Below, piece by piece: positions 33,245-43,314 of a stretch of DNA of 64,000 bases. The stretch comes from Rhynchopus sp. YZ270_cl-10. Its lineage: Eukaryota. How positions within the stretch are numbered: the first letter of the stretch is position 1; each line of letters starts with the position of its first letter. Position numbers and translations under genes: made by a program. Under the pieces are notes generated by a model. It was not told where the DNA came from and made no database searches. It worked only from the letters and a program-made list of their open reading frames with translations. The stretch covers positions 1,798,001-1,862,000 of the forward strand of contig OZ037839.1 of NCBI GenBank assembly GCA_964035575.1. Reading direction: 5' to 3'.

Positions 33245-34984
33245 CACGTTGTGCGAGAACGGATGTTCTTCATTCGACTCTCCCGTACGAAGACGACTGC
33301 GAAGGTCAATGGCAAAGGCAGAGCTAACCTGAAGGGTATTGAAGCGGGGGTGGATAAGGAGAAAACCCTTGCTCTCACCCGAAGCAAAACTTTGACGGAT
33401 TACGAGGCGGGGACGCTGCGACACATTGTAGCTGACGGTGCGATAACGGGGGTGCGACTTGCGAGAGCGCGCATACGGGACTCGGCCATCTGCGTTCACT
33501 GCGAAGCGGGGGTGGACGAAAATCACAAACACTTGTGGTGGGAATGTGAAGCATGGAGTAGCATTCGTGCGGAGTACCCCTTGCTGTTGGACATTGACAG
33601 AACGACCTGGCCAAACTGTCTCGCTATCTGCGGCATGTGCACACCGGACACACCTTTGGAATGCGCCCGTGTTGCAGACCTGCAGAAGATGATGGTGCGC
33701 ATCCTCATCGCACGCTCCAAGTGGAGCAGACCGGAAGCGGCGAACCCGCGACTGCAAGAAGACCGATACCCGTGGACGTGGGCACCGGAGTTGGACACGA
33801 CGACGCAACACGCGAACAGTTTGGTGGACTACACCCCCCTGAAAAGGAGGTGGCCGTATGGACGTGCTCTGCTGCTGGCGTTTGCCTCCTGGCTGGGTGG
33901 TTTACAATGGAGCGACGAAGCTGGACGTGAAGTCTCCCACATGGAGCTGCTCATCGACTTCGAGGTTGCCACAGGGATGGACATCCGACCTGGGGACAAG
34001 ACCGGCAGAATAGCGCCGAAGCTGAAGCAGCCGAGGGCCGGGACTGGGGAAGAAGACAACAATGGGGGGGAAGACGACGGGAGTGGGGAAGACGACGATG
34101 ATGACGACGTGGTGCCAGTAGCGCTGGCCCACAGAGAAATGGCGAAGACGACCACCTTTGGGCATATGTTGGCTTCACTCAGAACCTTTTCGGAGAGCTC
34201 TCTCCATCCGGGGAAGGTGAAGGTAACGCATGTTCTCGCTTCGTTTGGGGCGAACGCCATCACAGGCATCGACCGCCGTCCTATCTTTGCCGGCGGAGAA
34301 GAAACGTTGAAGGCATTGCGTGCGCTATACGATGCTGGTGTGGCGTATCGTCTGCAACGCAGCTCCGAAGGCATGTCTGAGGTGGAGCTCCGTGGTGGCG
34401 ATAGAGCGAGAGGTACATGGATGGGGGAGTATTCTGCTGAGACGGCGTACCCCTCCACAGAAGTTAGGGGCAGGAGGGCACTACCATTCATCCAGCGGGC
34501 TGAACAGGAGACATCTGCGCATGCTCGCTACCGGCACCATGAGCACGTGCGTCCAGGGGATGCACCCGTGAAGGCACCTGAAGGAGCGGTTCCGATCTTC
34601 CAGTTTGCGATATGTGTGCTGCACCGGAAGACGAAGTGTGATGCCTGCTCGAAGAACGCCCAGGCAGACCTGATGCATTGCTGCTTTGCGCACCACTCCA
34701 ACGACGACGGGTTACCGATCCGACACGAAGCATGCACTAAGCATAGACTCTCGAGGTGCGGGAACTGTGTGCAAGAGAAGAGTACGCTGGAGCACTGCTG
34801 CCGCCGCCACCACGACACCTCGAAGGGGCGACAGACGACGCTGGGAGGCTTCTTCAAGAAGAAGCAGACGAAGCAGAAGGATGGGCACAGCAGGGGCGGT
34901 GATGGACTTATGTAACATCACCTCCACGATGTATTGTATCACCTATCTCGGATAGGGGTGCATGCATCGAAAACGGGCCCCCAC
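33245..34984 (+). mobile_element. 5'-truncated non-LTR retrotransposon with 18 bp TSD
   Basis: gttgacgaaaactactaa at 33227-33244 and 34985-35002; ORF open from the 5' junction; 69 nt 3' UTR with a hairpin; no poly(A). Confidence 0.85.
33251..34915 (+). CDS. C-terminal portion of a non-LTR ORF2-like protein (zf-RVT-like knuckle, two Cys/His repeats, PIP-box-like motif)
   Basis: CVHCEAGVDENHKHLWWECEAW; CVLH..CDAC..HCCFAHH and CTKH..CGNC..HCCRRHH; QTTLGGFF. No ATG start and no RT core (truncated). Confidence 0.7.
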   Translation: MRERMFFIRLSRTKTTAKVNGKGRANLKGIEAGVDKEKTLALTRSKTLTDYEAGTLRHIVADGAITGVRLARARIRDSAICVHCEAGVDENHKHLWWECEAWSSIRAEYPLLLDIDRTTWPNCLAICGMCTPDTPLECARVADLQKMMVRILIARSKWSRPEAANPRLQEDRYPWTWAPELDTTTQHANSLVDYTPLKRRWPYGRALLLAFASWLGGLQWSDEAGREVSHMELLIDFEVATGMDIRPGDKTGRIAPKLKQPRAGTGEEDNNGGEDDGSGEDDDDDDVVPVALAHREMAKTTTFGHMLASLRTFSESSLHPGKVKVTHVLASFGANAITGIDRRPIFAGGEETLKALRALYDAGVAYRLQRSSEGMSEVELRGGDRARGTWMGEYSAETAYPSTEVRGRRALPFIQRAEQETSAHARYRHHEHVRPGDAPVKAPEGAVPIFQFAICVLHRKTKCDACSKNAQADLMHCCFAHHSNDDGLPIRHEACTKHRLSRCGNCVQEKSTLEHCCRRHHDTSKGRQTTLGGFFKKKQTKQKDGHSRGGDGLM

Positions 34985-35068
34985 GTTGACGAAAACTACT
35001 AAGTACGTATCTGTTGAAGCACTTCGTGCCTTGGGTGAGACAGACATTTCCGAAGCGAGGTTGGCGAC

Positions 35069-35725
35069 GTGGTTGACCAGGTGAACGAGCACTGCAGACC
35101 ATACGCGGCAGTCGCCCACCTCCAGAAAGAAGCGCGGGGTGAGCTTGACAAGCTGAGAGCGACCCGAAGCATCACGTTGGTGCACATCGACAGCAGTAAC
35201 AACGTGAACGCCACAAAGCTCGCCTGCACGGCCGTTGAGAAGCTTAGTGTGGGCGAGACAACGAAAGAGGACAAGCTAGGACAGCACCCTCTGTAGATAT
35301 TTTACCTTGTTCTTCTTGTTTTTCATGCATTTCAATCTTCCTCAACGACATTCTTGTTTTTCATTGTTTTTCAGTTGACACAGCGACGCATAAGTCCATT
35401 TGGCACTGTTGTTGAACCCCAAGTTCAAACCGGACGGCTATCCCAGCGTAGATGGCAGCAGACGTGTACGCCACGCCTGAAACCGGTAATTTTAATATTC
35501 ATTGCTTTTCTTTACAAGTTGACACAAGATTCTAGATTTTAAGTTGGTTCAACGTCGCATGAGACCAGTTGGCGCAGTCGTTGAACCCTCAATTTTTCAT
35601 TTTTTTCTGGTTTTGGCCCGTGAAACCCTGTGTTACATCAACGCTGGGTTCGCGAGCCTGAAGCCAGGGGTGGCTGCATTCCTTTTCGGACCGGGGTGCT
35701 CCATCCTATTTTTAAAAACGTTTAT
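35069..35725 (+). mobile_element. 5'-truncated retroelement end with 18 bp TSD; same target site as 72-631
   Basis: cgaagcgaggttggcgac at 35051-35068 and 35726-35743; 35069-35296 encodes an RNase HI-like C-terminus; shared 3' terminus. Confidence 0.8.
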
Positions 35726-37865
35726 CGAAGCGAGGTTGGCGACTGTGAAGGATCCTGAGGTGGCTTCTCTGCTTCTTCAGGCGGAGGTTGCGACTGTTAT
35801 TCCTGGCGGGTTCTTGTGCGGAGCATCGTTTACGAGACTTGATCTCTCTGCTGTGTCTGGTGTGACGCGAATTCAGCAACGCTTCCTCTCCGGGTGTGCG
35901 TCGCTGGAAACGGTTGACTTGTCGGGATTGTGCAACGTTACGCACATTGGGAATCACTTTCTCCAGAGATGCCCATCGTTGAGAAGCCTTGACGTGTCAG
36001 GGTTCACTGGTGTGACGGTGATAGGGAACTCGTTCCTCCAAGGAAGTGGCGTCACAGATCTTGACTTATCCGCGATGACGAGCGTGACGACGGTTGGTAG
36101 GTACTTTCTTTTTAACTGCACATCGTTGCAACGTCTTGACATCTCAGGATGGCGCAGAGTCACGCACTTTGAGGACTACTTCCTCGCGTACTGCACCTCG
36201 TTGGCAAACATTGATGTATCAGCCTTTTGCAGTGTCACGAAGATCGGCTTCAATTTTCTCACCTACTGCGAGTCGTTGACCACCATCAGCTTTTCAGGGA
36301 TGACGAATGTGACGGACATTGGGAACAACTTTTGTAGGGCCTGCACCTCGTTGGAAACGATTGACTTGACAGCACTGCACAGGGTTGTGAAGGTAGGTTC
36401 CGACTTTCTGAGGAGCTGCACCTCGCTGGGAAGCATCGACCTCTCAGCTTTTGGGAGTGCGACAGACGTTGGGAACAGCTTTCTCAGCAACTGTTCATTA
36501 TTGAAAACAGTTGATTTATCAGTGTTGCGCAGCATCACGCACATTGAGCAAAACTGGATGCGAGGGTGCTCCGCGTTGACAACAGCAGACTTCTCAGGAC
36601 TGAGCAATGTTAAGAACATTAGTGCACAGTTCCTGGATGAGTGCACATCATTGACCACGCTGGACATGTCAGGTATAGGCTGTGACACAATGATCGAGCA
36701 CCACTTCCTGGACAACTGCAACGCACTCACAACAGTCGTCTTGCCAGGCAACATCGATATTCACGAGATGTCTCTCCCGAATGAATCCGAAAAGAACCAT
36801 GGCACTGGACTCACGAAGACCTTCGATGCATGTGTGCGTGACATTTACGCAAGGTTTACGGAACAGTTCGGAGGTGTGCGGACAGAAGATCTGGTACGAA
36901 CAGACGTGTCTGGAGATGCAAGACAATGTATTGCATTGAAAGCACCTTCCAAGCAAGGGCATTTGGAGGGTTAGGCATCGGCACAGGCTGCAGCGATGTT
37001 GTGTCGAGCACAGTGAGGAACGGCCAGCAGAGGAAGTCAGTGGTTGAATCCCGTCCGAAACGCAGTGCGCACCACAGGAGGATTCCCGCAAGTGGTGGAG
37101 ACACGCAGAGTGACGCCGCCAGCTGCGCACTGTTCCCTCGAAGCTGCACGACGCACACCCTCACAGGCCACTCCTCCCGCAAGCACTGCAGACAACAGAG
37201 CTGGAATCGCTGCTGCACAGCTTACTGGCAGCCCTACAATATCATGACATGTACGACAGTTTGTGTGGAGAGAGGCTTAGGTTGATCTCATAAACATTTC
37301 AAGTGCAATACGCGTTTTCGGATGTCACGAGTCTTACTGTTTCCCCTTCCCCCCTTTTGTGTCTCAGCACCTTACTTTTTCAATATGCGGGTTTTGGAGG
37401 GTTTTTCGGGGTTTCAGGTCTTTTGGGGGTTTCAAAAACAAAGAGAAAGGATGGATACGATGAACAAAGAGCAGGACGACAGCAAAATAGAGAACGGGGG
37501 TGTGTTTCATTTTGTTTCACCCTTTCAAGGTGACTAAGCACGAGAGGCTTAGGTTCATCTTATGAACCTTTCTTTCCATGAAGCTGTATGCTGGGAGCCC
37601 CTTTCACACAATGCAACTTATTCCCAATCGGACGCTCCATCACACATGACTCATGACCCTTTGTCTCCAATGATCGTATTATGGATTTTGGGATTTCAAC
37701 TAAGGATTGCCTTTGGCGAAAGACTTCAGTACAGACTCAAAGTCCCCGTATCTTGGTGTGGGTACGAGGACCTTGGATACTAACGTCATTTCTTCAAACA
37801 CATTTTGTCCCCCCTCATCTCCCTCACCCCCCGAAGACGAATCAAAATAAATCAAAAAAGACACA

Positions 37866-39335
37866 ATGTTGAAGCTGATGTGCGCCACCTTCGTGGCAGC
37901 CGCCTCCGCGCAGGTCACTCCTGCTCTTCTCAAGACCCATCCGCACCTTGCCGCTTATAAGAACGTCGATTTCAATGCCAAGCGTTACACCCTGCGTGCG
38001 ACACACCCGGAGCAGATTCATATTGCGTATGCTGGGCAGTCTGCAGAGGGTTACCCCACAGGGATCAACGCAGCGTGGGTGTACAAGGAGAAGGATGGGT
38101 GTGTGCTTGAATACGGAACGGACAGTGCGATGCACAATGAATCGGTTACTCCGCACTCTGGACGGTACCTCGACGAAGGGTCGTACCACTGGAATGTTGA
38201 TGTGCTTGATCTGGTGCCGGCTACGCTCTACCATTACCGCGTCAAATGCGGTTCTGCTGCCTCAGCAAACTTCACCTTCACCTCCGCAGCGAACGGAAAG
38301 GATCTGGGTCGTCCCTTCAACATCAACCTCTTCGGGGATATGGGGTATCTGGGAAGCGCAGAGAGGCCGATGATCCTCGATGTCGGCGGTCTGAAGAAAC
38401 ATTGGTCTGCCGTTCCCACCCGCGAAACGCAGCAAAGGTTTTTTGAAGCAGGAGAAACCGATATGATGTGGATCGTAGGCGACATTGGCTACGCTGACGA
38501 TGCGTTTGCACACGATGTGGTAGGAGGACTGTACGAGAAATGCTACGACGGATTCATGAACTGGTTTCAGAACATCACTGCAAGCATCCCTTTTCACGTT
38601 TCCCCTGGAAACCACGAATCCGAATGCCACTCTGCGGAGTGCGTGATCGACCGCTTCCTTGGCGAGCACCTCGGAAACTTCTCCGCATACACCAACAGAT
38701 TCCATATGCCCAGCCCCTCTTCGGGTGGAGTCGCAAACATGTGGTACTCCTGGAACACTGGTCCCGTTCATTTCGTCTCGTTGAACACCGAAACCGATTT
38801 TGAAGGTGCCGGAGAGGAGAAGAGAGGCGACGGTGACGCCTACGCTGCAGGCAGCTTTGGGAGGCAGGGGGAGTACATTGCGTGGCTTGAGGCTGATTTG
38901 GAAAAGGCGCTTGCAGACAAGAGGGCGGGGCTGCGGAACTTCATCGTGGTGGGCGGGCATAGGCCGTGCTGCCAGCCCGCCATTCTGCAGAGCTTGTTCG
39001 ACAAATACGAGGTAGACATCTTCGTCGCAGGGCACGCACACACCTACGCACGCTCCGTCGAAGCATGCGAGCCCCCCGTCTGCCATGCGCAGACAAACGT
39101 CACCTATCCAACCTCCTACGTCTTCTGTGGTGGGGCTGGCAACGACGAAACTGACTACATCACAACAGGCCCGACAGCGAACTCATCCGTAGGCATCTTT
39201 GCGACCTCGGAAATGTCGACCGGGTGGCTGACCATCGCTAACGAAACTGCAATGCAGTGGAGGCTCGTCTCCTCCATCGGAGACAACAGAGTTATTGATG
39301 AGTTCTGGGTGCATGCGAAGAACATTAAGGATTAG
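37866..39335 (+). CDS. Secreted purple acid phosphatase (489 aa)
   Basis: Signal peptide; N-terminal FN3-like region (PEQIHIA); metallophosphoesterase motifs GDMG, GDIGY, GNHE, GH, GHAH. Confidence 0.93.
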   Translation: MLKLMCATFVAAASAQVTPALLKTHPHLAAYKNVDFNAKRYTLRATHPEQIHIAYAGQSAEGYPTGINAAWVYKEKDGCVLEYGTDSAMHNESVTPHSGRYLDEGSYHWNVDVLDLVPATLYHYRVKCGSAASANFTFTSAANGKDLGRPFNINLFGDMGYLGSAERPMILDVGGLKKHWSAVPTRETQQRFFEAGETDMMWIVGDIGYADDAFAHDVVGGLYEKCYDGFMNWFQNITASIPFHVSPGNHESECHSAECVIDRFLGEHLGNFSAYTNRFHMPSPSSGGVANMWYSWNTGPVHFVSLNTETDFEGAGEEKRGDGDAYAAGSFGRQGEYIAWLEADLEKALADKRAGLRNFIVVGGHRPCCQPAILQSLFDKYEVDIFVAGHAHTYARSVEACEPPVCHAQTNVTYPTSYVFCGGAGNDETDYITTGPTANSSVGIFATSEMSTGWLTIANETAMQWRLVSSIGDNRVIDEFWVHAKNIKD

Positions 39336-39683
39336 AGAAATTTCAAGATAAATGTGTGCCAAGGCTTAGGAGGAAAATTGAAACACCGCGAACTCCATTT
39401 TTTTGTGTTTTACCCAGCAACAATAACAACAAGAAAGACAAATAAATGGATATGTTGCGGTGAAACGCACATACCTCTCGGTGATGTGTGGCTCTGCTCC
39501 AATCAGTTCCAAAATAGAATGAAGTTGGGGTACAGTGTTCAATTTCCTCTTTTAGCATTTGCATACAAACCATAGAACCCTGTACAATACCAGCCTAGAG
39601 TGCCCGCCAAGGGTGCTCAGGAGAATTGTGCATACAACTGCAAAAAAAAAGTTGGTTTGCCACTTCCTCCCTCCCCCCCCCAG

Positions 39684-41322
39684 TAGGGGGGTCCGTCCGG
39701 CCGTTTTTGCTGTCCCAAACCACTTTTTTTTGTAAAAACCCGCGAAAAACCCGAAAAAATACCCCAAAACACCCCCAAACCCCCAAAAAATCACCCAAAA
39801 CCACGAAAAACACACTTTTGAGCACTATTTCGTACTTTTTTCTGATTTTTTTGGTGTTTTTCCCGCTATTTCAGCCTTTTTCCTGGAAATATACCCCCTA
39901 ATATTGCCTATAGAATCCCTGTACTGCTCACTGAGACAGCATAGCGACCAGAGGCTCCTTATTCATCGTACCGGTGTCTTCGCCGTCAAGGGGTGCACAA
40001 TCTGCCGCAAATTCCCGCAACTCTGTCTTTGTGAAGAGATGAAGCACTTTAGTGTTGTACTTTTCAAGTTGCTACTTCTGGGTGCTTTGCATGGACCTGC
40101 CTTTGTGGTGCGCTTTGGTGTGTGCTGCGGCAAGTTCTTCCCTTGAGAGATACGGAACCCAACCTAGGCTGTAGAGGATGTCTAGGTTCCAGCGACAGTG
40201 CGTCGGTGTTGTCGGGTGCTGGCTCCTTCCGTGGTGGCTTGCAACTTGGTCAAGGACACCGACAACGGATTCACACGAATTGTTGGTCATAGGAGGAGGC
40301 AAGGAAGGCTTTACTGCACTTAGGCACAGGGTACGTTGTCATTTTCAGGGACCAAAAAAGCCCTGGCAAGTGTTGCAAGTACGATTTCCCACAGCTCGGG
40401 AGGTCTGTCGGGCAGTTCGGAGGGATTTAGACACTTCTGCGACTGCTTGAACACGGTTTTTAGGGTTTTTGTTTTGGGTGCAAAAAACGTCAAAAGGATG
40501 GGGGAAATACGGTTATTTTAAGCGTTTCAGACACAAAAACACCCTCAAAAACCCCCCAGGGACCCCAAAAAGCTGCAAAACCCACACATTTCCACCTCGG
40601 GACCTCAGTGGAGGTGGACTGAGGTGGTTTTTGGGTGTTTTGAATGAATTGGTATTTTTTTTTTTTGGTAAATAAGTGGTCTTCTGCTAGGCGTTGCATA
40701 GCCGTTGCTTAAGTGTTGCATAAGTGTTGCATGGCCTATAAAACCCTCCCAAGTGCCCAAAATGCTATTTTTCACCCTACATGGGGTCTGGGGGACATTT
40801 TCCTGGGTGTTTGGACACCATTCCGACTGCCTTAGCACTTTTTTGGGGGTTTTCAGGTACAAAAAAAGTCAAAAAAGTGACTAAAAAAAGGGTACTTTTA
40901 AGCGTTTGGGGCACACACACCCACTGCAAAATGCATCTGGGGCCCCCACAGGACCCCTAAAAGCTGTAAAAACCATATATTTCCACCCTGGGACCCCACC
41001 GGATGTGGACCGAGGTGTTTTTCGGGTGTTTAGAAGGATTTTTGTCTGATTGGAGAATTTTTTTGGTAAGTGTTGCATTTTGGCCCATGTTGATGACGAT
41101 TTGATGACGCTATTTTTGGAGATTTTTCACAAAAAACCGATTTTTTTTAACCAGGAAAGTCTCTGTAGAGGTTGTCAGGTGGTTTAATGGGATATTTTCG
41201 TGATCCCCAGGGCGATTTGCGGCCAGGTACGACCTTTTTAGTTGATTTCTTCACCTAAATTTCAAAAAAATGGGTTTGGGACAGCAAATCCTTAAGGAAT
41301 TCCTTCTACGTGGACCCCCCTA
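39684..41322. mobile_element. Probable non-autonomous DNA transposon with short TIRs and a ~11 bp direct flank
   Basis: cccccccccag|taggggggtcc ... ggaccccccta|ccccccccccag; the flank is low complexity. Confidence 0.5.
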
Positions 41323-41740
41323 CCCCCCCCCCAGAGCGTGTGACGCGAGAAACCCCGCAACCGAACTTCAAAAAAAGAGGAATAAATAAAATGATTTGAA
41401 AGAACGCCCCATGGTTTTAAACCCCTGTTGTGTTCTTGTCCCCCTCGCTTTTATCTCAATGCCTTATTTTTTGGTATTTGACTTTTTTGTTTTTTTATAT
41501 CGCAAAAATTTTATACATAAAACGAACCTTTTTTATCCCAAATATGTCCCAAAAACTCCCCCTTTTTTCAAAAAAAATTAGTGGCAGGACACCTTCCTGT
41601 TTCATAACTCATTGATAGTCTCAACCAAAAAAACACTTTTAGTAGTTAAGCATCCTCGGGTGTAAATACTAATTACAAACCAAGTTTTCAAAAAAAGCCC
41701 CAATTTGTCCAAAAAAAAAAAAAAATGACTATTTTTTACC

Positions 41741-42570
41741 GGTAAAAATAAAGTCATTTTTCCCGCGGGATCCATACAGCACGAGGAACTGCTTTTGTCC
41801 CGAGCGCAGCGAGGGACAAAAGAGTTCAGAGGGCTGTATGGATCCCAAGGGAAAAATGACTTATTTTTACCAATAAAAAGTTGTTTTTTTACCTGCGCCA
41901 GAATTTGTTTCACGCTCCGCCACCCAATCATTATACTAGAGAGACCATAGTATATCACACACAGAATCACACAACATCACAACTCACCACACACTGAGAC
42001 ACACAAGTGCGTGTCTTGCAGCAGATGCCGGTGCGACGTCACAGTTGAAGAGACATCACGGATGGCAAAGTGAGAAAACTTGTGTCGCTCTACGTGGACA
42101 ACTCTGCTCAGAACATAAACCATATGGCAAGCTTCATCGGTGGTGCTCCGGTTCCTGGTGAGTTTCAGGCTCCGATGACTCAGGAACTCGCCACGTAGTG
42201 GCGAGTTCCTTGAGTCATCAACATTGTGCAGAAGAAAGACTGATCCTACTGCGAGTCTCCCAACCCCTGTGGAAGCGTGCAATGCAACAAACGGTTGAGA
42301 TCTGATCAAGCGGAACGGATATATTTCTGTATTCCACACAAACACACACCCAAACACCCTCAGAATGCAGGAAATACCTCACACAACACACAGACACCCT
42401 CAGAAACCAAGAAAACCCTCACAAAACCCTCACAACTCTTAGCAAATTCCCTAAGGAAAATGCGGGATTTTTTTTTCCCGCGCGGGAAGAAATGACTTTT
42501 TTTTGTCCCGCTGATGTATTAAGGAATGGGTGGCGGAGCGGGAAACAGATTCTGGCGCAGGTAAAAAAAA
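41741..42570. repeat. Foldback (41741-41871) and inverted-repeat pair (41884-41926 / 42527-42570)
   Basis: ggtaaaaataaagtcatttttccc / gggaaaaatgacttatttttacc; tttttacctgcgccagaat / attctggcgcaggtaaaaa. Confidence 0.7.
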
Positions 42571-43047
42571 CCTTTTTACGAGATAACACTCGTATTAGGG
42601 TCGGTGTTGGGCAGCAGAGTTTCCCTCAAGAGTATGCACTCTCTGTCAGGATGGTTAATCCATTTTAAAATATTTTAACCCCCGTCAACGAAGCAAGCCC
42701 GAAGGTAGACAAAGAGGTTTAGTGCATCGCCGTGAAGAAAACCCTCCTGCCCCCTCAGTGCAGTTCCTTATTCCTCTCTTCCTCCCCCCTTCTCACCTTT
42801 TGTGATACCCCTTTTTAAAATATTGGGTGCAATGTTGAAATATTTTTACTTTTTCTTTTCCCCCACCCCCCCTTTTTTTTGGTTGTTCGGATGTCTGCAA
42901 AACTGTTGCATTGTGCGACGCTTTTTTCTTCGTGTGTCTTTTTTTTTTTTTTTGTGTCATTTTTATGTATTTTTTTTTGTGCATGATTTTTTTTTCATAC
43001 ATTTCTGCACACTATCTGGGTAAGTACACCTGACAACCTTCAACCAT

Positions 43048-43084
43048 CCGTCTTGAAACACGGATTAAGGAGTCTTACATGTGT
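43048..43084 (+). pseudogene. Short degenerate LSU (28S) rRNA fragment
   Basis: ccgtcttgaaacacggattaaggagtcttacatgtgt resembles the conserved CCGTCTTGAAACACGGACCAAGGAGTCTAACATGTG; flanks are not rRNA-like. Confidence 0.6.
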
Positions 43085-43195
43085 ACAAAGATTAGTCATG
43101 GAGGACTATGACATCCTATCCCCTCGCAATGGTGAGCATTTACTATTTTTTTTTTTTGTTTAGTTTTTGTTTTTTTGTTTTGGATTGTGGATTAT

Positions 43196-43314
43196 ACCAC
43201 CTGATTTTTACCCCGCGTATAGGCGCATAAAGGCGTAAAGGCTGGGAAAAATGGGTAGGGTTTGGCATATACGGGCCTTTACGCACCTATGACGCGGGGT
43301 AAAAATCAGGTGGT
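43196..43314. mobile_element. ~120 bp foldback MITE
   Basis: accacctgatttttaccccgcgt ... acgcggggtaaaaatcaggtggt. Confidence 0.7.

Larger units (their letters stand above)
33033..36974 (+). pseudogene. UBL-LRR copy 8, interrupted by two insertions
   Basis: UBL 33033-33244, linker 34985-35068, LRR region 35726-36974 still an open frame. Confidence 0.9.

Noticed and set aside
33245..35725. Inserts as non-canonical introns
   Set aside because: 18-21 bp duplications, truncated retroelement ORFs and absence from seven paralogues favour retrotransposition; not fully excluded without RNA data.
35544..35725. New hydrophobic N-terminus donated by insert 3 to the LRR frame
   Set aside because: The frame begins at TTG with no in-frame ATG before the LRRs; no support for translation.
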